Assembly (NCBI GenBank): GCA_043228905.1
Contig: JBHGNT010000013.1
Coordinates: forward strand, 12,090,001 to 12,154,000
DNA length: 64,000 bases
DNA from: Azolla caroliniana
Taxonomy: Eukaryota > Plantae > Polypodiophyta
Direction: 5' to 3'
Position 1 is the stretch's first letter; each line of letters opens with the position of its first letter. The notes beneath the pieces are model-generated. The model saw only the letters and a program-made list of their open reading frames with translations. It made no database searches and was not told the origin of the DNA. A program made the position numbers and the translations under genes. Positions 54,401 through 64,000 of the stretch are shown here, in pieces.

Positions 54401-55181
54401 ATGCGCCCAAAAGAACGAACACGACATCACGAAGGATGTGTGCGGTCGAGCGGGCCAAGAGGGCCAAGAAGGTGTTCCTCCGAGCGAAACGGAGATCGGG
54501 GAAGAAAGGTACCTTTCCGAAAGGGTACGCGAAGAGGAGCGGAATGCGAAACGTGCAATGCGGCCGCATGAGGGCCAAGCAACGAGCACGGGAATGATGG
54601 TATGCTCTACGGCGAAAGAGCACGGAAGGCGAAGGGAAGGCGGAAGATGCGCGATGGGGTCGTCGAAGGACCGAAGCACGAGCACGCATTCGGGGGAGAG
54701 CATCGACATACGGGGAAAGCCCACGGAAGGCAATCACGGAGCGGAGAGAGTCGGCACGGCGAGGTGTGCGGCACGGGAAAGGCGGACAAAAGAAGAGCAA
54801 CCGGGTCGGCAACGGCGTTCGGGAGGACCGATCGGGGAAGAAAGCTCGGGCATCGGAAACGGCGGTCCGGATGTAGACGGTGGTTCGAGGAATCACGGTG
54901 GACGTGGCGGATCGGGTGGAGGCAACGACTCGGCGAGCATCGTCGAGTGTGGCGGATCGGATGGGGCCGACGGTTCGAGACCATTCGACGAAGATGGTGG
55001 GCCGGAAGGCGACGGTGGTTCGTGTGGACGGGGTGGACTTGCTCGAAGTGGAAGACGAAGCGGGGCAAGCCCACGAGGTTGTCAAGGGCTCGGTTGGCCG
55101 CCTTGGCCGAAAATCTCGCGTTTTGTTCCCCTTTTGGCACATACCGGTGGATGTGCGGTTAGGTGGGGGCGGATGTCGTGA
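51432..55181 (+). CDS. 1249-aa Gag-like protein: N-terminal capsid-like domain plus ~1000 aa of acidic, Gly-rich repetitive tail; no pol domains
   Basis: The first ~200 aa align with the host gag at 48867 (GRFDGKE/GRFSGKD, WESFEGAL/WEEFEGRL, VLLFLKTV/VLLFVKSV, GLTEEW/GLTADW). The ORF is uninterrupted and its stop lies inside the 3' LTR. Confidence 0.85.
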   Translation: MEEGFDFEEMMTKILTDAGRKRARREAAQQAVERVVRLVGRFDGKEVPKFLRAYDAEMTGMGVDEATRLEFFRRAAAASKYEEVKELQEAHESWESFEGALMEAYGCAESEVRGRREFDRWMASARRHRSAIEAFREFERRFSQLSEWERRSVGADKVLLFLKTVHHEERMDIMIELQDDYGAHGLTEEWPEVERVCRQHDKRWSATTRPASGGEERATTDYAVPSDESSSRTGLEGLDLQALIREACGLVTAKIEAEEWLIAGSGPSGSEDAEEGASSHMEDGAYAEAEREWYIGTTGEGAERTALSTWGKRTAMDEADIYEAMDATSRVGGSFGTRLPETFYEDFASLLEACEMEEEDETSDGVATFHTPALEASAVGPSAGTRPRATDGGGGKADNRDEDENGEEEAAASILDACETKDGVATDDDVRMEVATDERSGGVATFHTPVLETPAPGPRAGERPRVTDGGGGKAGNRNDDDMGEGAERATLSSCGEWTAKDEAGDHKAESATSKVGGRFGARRPKTSSGGEASGGAATFHTPALEASAVGPSAGTRPRTTGGGGGKAGKQNDAENGEEEVVASILEAYGIGDGGAADNDVRTKAATETTSGGTGSLPTPILEAPMAGPSAGMRLSATGDDDGKAGNGYEKEDRSGRRQDPLTPEPETSAVVLGCQRETGEMGGDREEVRPGESAYEDEYAGPGMGVYGGSDGEDRSGNEERVGNRPDRNTARKKKRVRAGEPGPNRRKPARPIVRLRLRLRWEPVSARWRLTGHDDHGSGEKRRQTRPSIPTLETTAVADQHKTGETAGGGEESEAGAYEVTGTDIRYEMVDGWVQDGEPVSERATATKEEKTDTEVGSTAGERDEMHAIRPREGQDTSMPTKEPHRATEDDGRITPSRGEYEEEGGDDETWHDAREDWWEKVAYGEAKTGGHEDKAREGSSTPAIETPAVGASADVRPRVADGGGEGTKATTDEGTERGIREVAGNEDVCAQKNEHDITKDVCGRAGQEGQEGVPPSETEIGEERYLSERVREEERNAKRAMRPHEGQATSTGMMVCSTAKEHGRRREGGRCAMGSSKDRSTSTHSGESIDIRGKPTEGNHGAERVGTARCAARERRTKEEQPGRQRRSGGPIGEESSGIGNGGPDVDGGSRNHGGRGGSGGGNDSASIVECGGSDGADGSRPFDEDGGPEGDGGSCGRGGLARSGRRSGASPRGCQGLGWPPWPKISRFVPLLAHTGGCAVRWGRMS

Positions 55182-57709
55182 AGATTTTCGTCCATAGGCG
55201 GAAAACCGAGCGAAGCAAGCAAACCCGCGATGTGCAACGTTGCACATCACCATGTTGTATTTCTATTTATCGATAGTGATAAGTATGGTGCTAGAAATGC
55301 ACCTTAGGATTTGTAAAGTGTAGAGGTGATGTGCTTTTGCGCGCACATCCACGTGAGAGAGAGAGATAGGTACATAGTAGTTCGTGTAGAGGTGGGAGTT
55401 AAGACCCATCCTTCCCACCTCCCCTAAAATCAAGGGAAATATCCCCATTGATTGAAAGGGGATATTTTGTAGCACCCTTTTATGTAACGGTCTTCCCTCC
55501 TTGTGCTATAAAGGGAGAGGAAGAGCACCATTGTGGGGGTTGCCTTATTTTGGAGTGAGAGTAAGGTATACCATTTCGTTTAGGGTTCATTAGTTAGGGT
55601 TTCTTTTCTTCTTCGTCGGATTAGGGTTTCGGGTTTTTCATAGTCGTTCGGTGCGGCCTACGCGGCCGCCATTTTGTAATCGGTTTTCGGTTCTAATATA
55701 ACTTGTTGAGCATTTGGCCTCCATCTTCCTCTTGTTCATTCTTTCTCTTCTTGTGCTAAGCTCCATTCCGAAGTCCTATTCCTTCTCCCCTTCTCCTTAG
55801 TCCAAGACCCCCGTGGTTCCGCCCTTCTCCACGCACGCGCGTAACAACGCGACAGCGTGCCACCGAAGAACTGCATGGAGCCTGCCCGAATGTACGAGTA
55901 AAGATCGGCGATGTCGAGATTGACCAACACTTCTTCGTGCAGGAGATGTCCTCACATCCGGTTATACTAGGAGAACCGTACATCACGACAGCACGGATGG
56001 AGACCAAGGTGCTGGACAACGGCTCAACCTATGCAAGGGTCAAGAGCCAGGATGGGCGTCACTCGGTCCAGTTCCTGACGGTGAGACCGAACCATGAGCG
56101 GAACCGCGAGACCCTCGGGGGCGAAAGCCGAGAGGATTTTTAGAGAGGGCTATCAAGGCGTGGGGTCGCGGTAGTCCAGACACTTCGGGAAAACCCCACA
56201 AGTGTACGATAGCGAAGAAGACCTGTACTATAAGTAGGAAATTTTGGTTCTCCGACAACGGAGGGTGTACGATAGTCGACGTCGTTGGCCGGAAGAAGAA
56301 AAGGCCTTCGCCGAAAGGTCGATTTACTCGGTCGGTGATCTGTACTCGGGGTACGATCAGTTCCAGCTAGCCATAGAGAGTAGAGACATCACGACAATGC
56401 GAACTCCTCTCGGCCTAGTACGGATGTGTACCCTACCGCAAGGAGGGACGAACTCGGTGGCTCACATGGTGAACGCAATGAACAAGGTGCTGAGGGATTG
56501 TATCCCGAACATCAACATGCCGTTTTTGGACGACGTGCTGATCAAGGGATGCCCGGTGGAGGAAAAGGACGAGACGATCGGACCGGACGGGTGCCAGAAA
56601 TTCGTGGCGTTGCACATCAATGACTGCGAGAAGGTGCTGTAGAGGTTAGAGGGCGCGAGGCTCACCTTCTCCGGGGGAAAATCGGCCTTCGGCCAATCAG
56701 AGATCATGGTCGTCGGACACCTATGCAGGTCGTACGGCCGGAAACCGTCTCCGGCTAAGGTAGAAGCCATCTCCGCAATGAAGCACGACTGTAGCTCGGT
56801 CACGGAGGTTCGGAGGTTCTTGGGAGCATGCGCGTTCTACCACATATGGATCCTGCATTACGCCCATGTCGCGGAGCCGTTATACGGGTTGCTGAAAAAA
56901 AGGTGAAAATTCGAGTGGAGAGACGAGCATACGGAGTCTGTCCGAAAGATGAAGGAAGCACTTGCCGCAACTCCGACGCTCCGAAAGGCTGTCTACGAAA
57001 AAAACACTCCAATTTACGTAACGGTAGACACAAGTCCGACCGGGATCGGATGGGTCGTCAACCAAGAGGACGAGGACGGCATGCGTTTCCCGATCCGGTT
57101 CGGCGCGAAGGTCCTCAGTGAGTGACAACGAGGATACGCCCAGGTTAAAGGTGAGCTCTGGGGTATCGTTTCGGCGGTAAAGGCCGATAAAGACTACCTG
57201 ATTGGGACAGAGGTAATTATCGAGATGGACTGCCTGCCAATTCTTGGCATGGTTTCCGGATGCGCGACGCCAGACCTAGCAATGCTCAGGTGGATAGCGT
57301 ACATCAAGTCCCTGAATCCGGAAATACGACACATTTCCGGGAAAGACAATGCCATGGCCGACATGCTTTCAAGGGCAAGGTTCGAAAACGCGGGCGGCAT
57401 GGTTTCGGAGGACGAGGAAGTCGGCGTGGACTTCTTCGAGGCGGCTTACGTAACAACTGGTAGGGAATGCACTCCAACGCTTAACGATTTCGACGAGAGC
57501 AAGTACAACGGGGAGTGGCTGTAGATCGGCGGGTTCCTGAAAACAATGACACCGGACGCGGCATGGACAAAGGATGAGGCCAACCGGATTCGGAAGAAAG
57601 CGTACCGATTCTTTCTCCGGGACGGGTACATATGGAAGCACCCGAAGAAGAGGAACGACATCCCGCTCCGAGTGGTGGCGAAGGAGGAACAAGAGGATTT
57701 GTTGGCGGC

Positions 57710-58038
57710 TGTTGAGCGGCAAGCTCAACCGGAGCCGGATCGGCTGAATAAGTTGGAGCCGATAAGCGAGACGGATCGGGCGAAACGGATCGGTATGACG
57801 GTGAGCAACCGAACCGGCAAGCAGTGGAGGCTGAGTGCAATCCGTAACCAGAAGTCCAATCGGAAGCCTAGTATAGGATAGACTACTAGGTAGCTACAGT
57901 CTCGTAGCAAGTGTCAGATGCTCGTGTGAGCATTGAAGTACATGGTACTTCTGTCAGTCCCAAGAGGACTTGTATAAATAGTGCTACTTAGCACAGTGTG
58001 TGTACAGAGTTTTGATATAATTTTGAAATTGTGTTCTG

Positions 58039-58072
<34 letters not shown>

Positions 58073-61000
58073 GTGTGTTGTTCTCTGTTTTACGCTTCCG
58101 CAAACACTTACGTTTACATGGTATCAGAGCGCGAGGGTTGAGAACCTCTGCTGCAGACATTTACTCTTGAAAAGAAAACCCTAACAGGTCAAAAACAGAC
58201 ACAGTAGAAGACATGGATAGAGGCATGGCTACGTCACTCCCGGTGGAAAAGCTCGACAGGAGCAACTACGCATCCTGGTCTTACAAGATGCACCAGTACC
58301 TGCTTGGACATGGGTACTGGAGTTATGTCGAAGGAGCGAATGATGCGGCGCCAGACTCGGCACACAAGGACTTCCCGGTATGGGAACAGGCGGCAAGCAG
58401 TGTGATGTACTGCTTCGCATCCAGTGTCGGCGATCAGCTGCTCAGCCACATCCGTGACGCCAAGACACCGAAGGATACTTGGGGGAACCTGAAAAAGGTT
58501 TTCGCCGCAAGCACCACTGCCCGGAAGCTGCAACTCAGACAGGAGTTGAGCAATGTTCGACAAAAGAACATGTCCGTGGCAGACTACACGGGCCGGATAA
58601 AGGAGATTTGCGACTCACTCGCCTCTATCAATGTTACCATAGAGGAAGACGAGATGGTGCAGGCATGTCTCGGAGGCTTGGCGTCCAGGTTCGGAGCCTT
58701 CCGGACTGCGGTGTGTACAAGGGAGAATACCCCCTCATTCTTCGACTTACAGTCGATGCTCCTTGTAGAGGAGAACCACGTCGGTGCATCTACCAGTGCA
58801 TCCCCGGACAGCCGAATGTTGTACACGGGAACGGATTGGCACTGTGGGCGTGGTGGAAGAGGTGGGTCGGCACGCAATGGAGGCGGCCGGCAAGAGCAGG
58901 AACGGAGGCACTATGAGTGTGCCGACAGCAGTTCTGGGACTTCCACAAGCAGGGGGAGTCAAGGCAGTGCCGGAGGCCGGCAAGACAAATCCGCTATGGA
59001 ATGCTGGTACTGTGGCAAAAAAGGCCACAGGGAAAGCGAGTGCTGGAGAAAGCGTGCTGATTCGGACAAATCCGGATCCAGCAAGACCGGTAAGGATGGT
59101 CGGCAAAACTCGCACTACGCAAACGGATCAGGAGGATCCGGAACCGGAAAGGTCGGTAAGGGGCCAGCCTTGGTGATGAATCACAAGGCAAACTCAATGA
59201 AGAAGACCACTTCCAAAACAGAGGAAGTGTGGTATGTTGATTCCGGCACGTCAAACCACATGACGATCCACAAAGAGTGGTTCTCCTTTCTAGAAAAACC
59301 GGATCAACCAGGAGTAGTCGAAACTAGAGACGACACTCCACACCCAATCGTGCACGTCGGAGAAGTCCCTCTAAGCCACGTTGCACAAAAAGGGAAGCTG
59401 ATGAACGTATTACACGTTCCGACGATCACGAAGAACCTGGTGTCCGTCGGTCAGATTGTCGACCAGGGAATGCAGGTGCGGTTTACGCACCTCGGGTGCC
59501 TCATTGAGGATGAGAGCGAAGTCATTGCGCAAGGGCGCAGAGACGGGAGGATGTTTATCCTCAACACCAATGACATTGGCACTGCTCTGTTCGCAAAACG
59601 ACAGAAGGTCGAGTCGGACATCGACCTATGGCACAAGCGGATAGGCCACGTCAACTACCGGAGGCTTCAAGACCTGCAAACGAAACAAGTCGTTTTCGGT
59701 TTGCCAAAGTTCAGCAGCCGGAGAGCCGAAATTTGTGAAGCCTGCCAACTTAGGAAGCAACACCGGCTTCCATTCCCCACCGAACGGAACCGGAGCCGTA
59801 ACAAGCTCGATCTCATCCATTCGGATGTGTGGGGACCGGCACAAAGTGTAAGCCTTGGCGGGAGCTGGTACTTCGTCTCCTTCATCGACGACTATACTCG
59901 ACATACTTGGATCTACCTCATTGAGCGGAAGAGCGAAGTCTTCGATTGTTTCCGGAGCCTCCAGAAGATGGTGGAACGGGAATCAGAGAGGAAGATCAAA
60001 TGCCTTCGGTCGGATGGCGGAAAGGAATATTTTTCCGGCCAATTCACTAGTTATCTGCAGTAGAAGGGAATTCGGCGAGAGTTCAGCTGCAGATACACAC
60101 CGGAGCAAAATGGTGTGGCCGAAAGGAAGAACCGGACACTCGTCAAAGCGGCAAGGACAATGCTGGAGGAGAAGAGCATGCCCCGGTTCTACTGGGCGGA
60201 GGCGGTCCGGACGACCGTCTACATACAAAACCGCATTGGTGACAAGGTGTCAGCTCATGAGCTGTATTTCGGGCGCAAGCCGAACTTAAGACACCTTCGG
60301 ATATTCGGCAGCATAGCGTATGTGCATGTGCCGGATCAGAAGCGGAGGAAGTTGGATGCAAAATCGGAAAAATGCATCCTAGTCGGCTATGCTCAAGAGC
60401 AAAAGGGGTATAAGTGCTATAACCCCCGGACGAAGGAAGTCCGAGTTAGCCGGGATGTCGAGTTCGATGAATCAGCATCCTGGTACTCCGTACAGACTCC
60501 GACTTCCGATCCCAACCGAATGCCGGAAGATCAGGCCAGTGAGCCTGAATCAGCCTTGGAAGAGGATGATGAAGCCGGGACTCAAGATGAGAGTCCGGAA
60601 TCGTTGCGGTTGAGTGGACCGAACGAGCGACTGAGTCGGTTGGAACAGTCAGATGAAGAGACGGCAAGTGGTGGAGACTCTGCCATGCTCTCCCCGTGCA
60701 AGGAACCAAGGAAACGGTTCACGCGCAAAGAGAAGGGGAAGAGGAAGATGCTGGAATTCGAAACCGGCAACGATGAGTCAGATCGGTGCGTATCCGACTC
60801 CGGAAAGGAGAAAGGCAGATCTTCGGCAACGAAGACCGAACTGGCCAAGAAGGGCCTCAAATCAAGTGACGGTGCGTTGCGCAGATCAACCCGGTAGAAG
60901 GATCCCGTCATGTGGTACGGGTACAATGAATACATGGCGCATCATTATGCGTACATTTCTAAGGTAACAGAAGTGCGTGAGCCGGAGAGCTACGTAGAAG

Positions 61001-63639
61001 CGGCAAAGGACGCAAATTGGCGTGCCGCTATGGACGAAGAAATGCGGGCACTCGATGCCAACGAAACTTGGGACCTAGTTGATCCTCCCCGTCACTGTAA
61101 ACCGATCGGATGCAAGTGGGTGTACAAGGTCAAGTACAACGCCGACGGTTCTGTTAACCGGTACAAAGCCCGGTTAGTGGCGAAGGGATACGCGCAGACC
61201 CACGGAATCGACTACGACGAGACCTTCGCTCCTGTGGGGAAGATGACGTCGGTTCGTGTGGTACTGGCGGTTGCTGTGGCAAGGGGGTGGCATCTTCACC
61301 AGATGGATGTGAAGAACGCCTTCCTTCAAGGAGAGCTTGAAGAAGAAGTCTTTATGACTCAGCCCCCCGGATTTCAATCGGAGATGAACAAATCAGCGGT
61401 ATGCCGACTGAAGAAGTCTCTTTACGGCTTGAAGCAAGCCCCCCAAGCTTGGAACGCGAAGATCACGCACCGGTTGCGTAAGCTAGGGTTTGCGGTCTCT
61501 AAGTCGGACTCTTCGTTGTTCATCCGGCAAGGCTCTGACGGTCCGGTATGTATACTCTTGTATGTGGATGATTTAGTCATCACCGGACCAGGTCTTCCCG
61601 AAATCAACCGCGTCAAGTCCCAGTTGTCGGACGCATTCGAAATGAAGGACCTAGGGGACCTTCATTATTTTCTTGGGATCGAAGTGATCCGGACCCCCGA
61701 CGGCATATTGCTCTCACAACGAGATTACGTGTTGAATATGTTGTATAAGTTCGGCATGACGGATTGCCGACCTGTCTCCACACCCCTGGACCGGAACCAG
61801 AAGCTCCGTCCCAACTCCGGACCGGCCTGCAATGAGAAACGGTTCCAACAGGTTGTCGGAAGCCTGATCTACTTAACCATCACCCGACCCGACATCAGCT
61901 ATCCGGTCGGCATGGTAAGCCAGTTCATGCAGAAGCCGACCATGGAGCACCTTCACTGCGCACAACGAATATTACGGTATGTCAGCGGCACTAAGGACCG
62001 GGGACTGCTATACCGGCGAGGTATACCCGAAGAGCTTGTCGGTTACACAGATGCTGACTGGGCCGGCGATGCGTCTAATCGCTGCTCCACTTCCGGATAC
62101 ATGTTCTCCATAGGTAGCGCGGCCGTTGCGTGGAGCAGCAAGAAGCAGCCCACAGTGGCTTTGTCAAGCACTGAGGCTGAGTACCGGGCCGCTACTGTTG
62201 CCACTTGTGAAGCCATCTGGCTTCGGCGACTGCTGCGAGACTTGCGGATCGAGGTACCGACCCCGATCTCGATTTACTGCGATAACATGAGCGTACAGCT
62301 CGCCAGGAACCCTGTGTTCCATGCTCGCACAAAGCACATCGAGATGCACTACCACTTCGTGCGTGAGCAGGTCCTGAACAGTGAAGTTGACCTACGGTAT
62401 GTTCATACGGATCGGCAAGTTGCCGACATCTTCACCAAGCCGCTCGGATCGGACAAGTTGCAGTACTTTACCGACATGCTTGGTATTCAGCATCTCGACG
62501 TGCCGCACATGAGGGGGAGAAGCAAGGGCAAAGTCTCTACCGAAACAGGCAAAGGCCAAAAACCTGTTGAACCCGTTGGTAAGAGGAGAGCCAGAAGAAG
62601 AGGAGACAAGAAGATGAAGGAAGCCGAGTCGACGAAGGAAGTCGACACATCCGAACAGGTCGGAGCAAGCGGCTGTGAAGAAGAGTTGTGCACTCAGGAA
62701 GAGAAGCGCATGCTGTGCGAAGGTCATCACGACGGTACTGACCATGATACAGAGTCGAATGAAGAATTCGATTTCGGTTCGCCGGCTGAAGAAGCCGAGG
62801 GAAGCATGGAGAAGGCCAAGACTCGGAAGTGGTCCGATGTGGTGAGAGGCCTGACGCCGGAAGTCGAATCGGAGTGTACCGATTCGGACAAGAGCTGGAA
62901 CGAGTCGGAGACAGCTGACTCGGATCAACAGATGGATCCGGATGAGACGGATCGACTGAAGGCCAAGGGGACACGGACACAGCAGAAGTCGATGCCATCG
63001 TGGGAGAACCGACGGATCGGCAAGCGCCGGAGTCACAGCAACGTGAGTGCTGAGATGGGCCTATTGAGCATACATGCCGATCGAGAGGGTCGAGGCGCGC
63101 AGAACCAAAGGGGTCGCGGCAAACGGGACCGGACCGGACGAGGAGCGCGAGCAAGGCGGAGTGACACCAGGAGAAGTCGGTTGGAAGAACCGACTGCCAC
63201 AGAGGTCGACACTGCGACCCCACCTCAGGTTGAGCTTGAGGGGGAGTGTTGAGCGGCAAGCTCAACTGGAGCCGGATCGGCTAAATAAGCTAGAGCCGGT
63301 AAGCAAGACGGATCGGGCGAAACGGATCGGTATGACGGTGAGCAACCGAACCGACAAGCAGTGGAGGCTGAGTGCAATCCGTAACCGGAAGTCCAATCGG
63401 AAGCCTAGTATAGGATAGACTACTAGGTAGCTACAGTCTCGTAGCAAGTGTCAGATGCTCGTGTGAGCATTGAAGTACATGGTACTTCTGTCAGTCCCAA
63501 GAGGACTTGTATAAATAGTGCTACTTAGCACAGTGTGTGTACAGAGTTTTGATATAATTTTGAAATTGTGTTCTGCTCTCTCTCTCTCTCTCTCTCTGTT
63601 GTTCTCTGTTTTATGCTTCCGCAAACACTTACGTTTACA
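57710..63639 (+). mobile_element. Full-length Ty1/Copia element; LTRs 57710-58118 and 63247-63639; TSD GCGGC
   Basis: GCGGC is at 57705-57709 and 63640-63644. The PBS TGGTATCAGAGC is at 58119-58130 and the PPT TTGAGGGGGAG at 63236-63246. The host integrase rejoins as DLLAA|YHDSPWAGH. Confidence 0.97.
58213..63252 (+). pseudogene. Copia gag-pol polyprotein (gag, CCHC, PR, IN, RT, RNase H, plus a C-terminal extension) in one frame with two premature TAG stops
   Basis: ORFs at 58213, 60115 and 60910 share a frame, with stops at 60061-60063 and 60895-60897. Motifs are CWYCGKKGHRESEC, YVDSGTS, RSDGGKEY, QMDVKNAFL, LYVDDL, YTDADWAG and RTKHIE. Confidence 0.92.
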
Positions 63640-64000
63640 GCGGCGTACCACGATAGTCCTTGGGCGGGACACCGTGGAACATGGGCCACGTTCGAAAAGC
63701 TAAAGGGGAAGTACTGGTGGCCGGGACTATATCGGGACGTGCATCGGTTCGTGACGACTTGCGAAAGCTGTCAGGCGCGCTCCATGATCCAACACCAGGA
63801 CGAGCTTCACCCGACCTACCCTCCGACCGTCCACTTCAAGTGGATGGTGGATTTGGTGATGATGCCAATGGGGGTAGGACAGATGCGGTATCTGGTGCTG
63901 GCTCGGGAGGATCTAATGAACCAGGTTGAAGTCTGAGCCCTGCAGAACAAGACGACTGCAGTCGTGTGCCGGTTTTTGATTGAGGACGTGGTATGTCGAT

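Larger units (their letters stand above)
50709..55854 (+). mobile_element. Young non-autonomous (gag-only) LTR retrotransposon; LTRs 50709-51389 and 55174-55854; TSD GCGT
   Basis: The two 681-bp LTRs look identical. GCGT is at 50705-50708 and 55855-55858, the PBS is at 51394-51410, and a PPT-like GGTGGGGGCGGA precedes 55174. The host protease frame rejoins as IRAATR|ATEELHG. Confidence 0.97.
48134..64000 (+). mobile_element. Decayed Ty3/Gypsy element (5' LTR 48134-48822, tRNA-Trp PBS, gag-PR, RT-RNase H-integrase) hosting two nested elements; runs off the window
   Basis: The LTR TGTCGTGAAGA...CTCGACA is followed by TGGTGAACCCGACGTGA. Motifs are gag from 48867, CMWCDAVGHIWKDC, LVDHGSEINLM protease, DLYSGYDQ, LPQG, PFLDD, GKDNAMADMLSR and HDSPWAGHRG...CESC. 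Confidence 0.92.

Noticed and set aside
53808-55253. 481-aa antisense ORF (and other overlapping ORFs in 48.3-63.3 kb)
   Set aside because: These are shadow ORFs of GC-rich retroelement coding strands with no recognisable motifs.
60061-60897. Programmed stop-codon readthrough in the Copia polyprotein
   Set aside because: The TAGs fall in the integrase core and the IN-RT linker, not at a gag/pol boundary. They are best explained as CAG>TAG decay.
62520-63252. env-like gene
   Set aside because: It is in frame with pol, highly charged, and has no signal peptide or transmembrane segment.

Overview
This window is eukaryotic plant nuclear DNA. A non-seed land plant such as a fern is inferred from the TE families and a candidate flagellar-type gene, but this is not proven. 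It holds three intron-containing host genes. TAF7 (+, 5758-8362) has an AT-AC U12-type intron. A TruA-family tRNA pseudouridine synthase (+, 9987-26036) has a 14.4-kb first intron filled with LINEs, a Copia element and a MITE. A multi-exon coiled-coil gene (-, 27956-36533) resembles QRICH2/DUF4795 proteins. Both ends of the window are retrotransposon nests, and 40.6-64 kb is a deep stack of Copia and Ty3/Gypsy elements. The most unusual system is a tRNA-Trp-primed Ty3/Gypsy family with TGTC(G/A)T...GACA LTR ends and 4-bp, CpG-centred target sites. Some of its LTRs carry an antisense tRNA-like cassette. The family also has a very young pol-less partner (50709-55854, LTRs identical by eye) encoding one uninterrupted 1249-aa Gag with a long repetitive acidic tail. 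All family assignments come from motif recognition by eye, not database searches.
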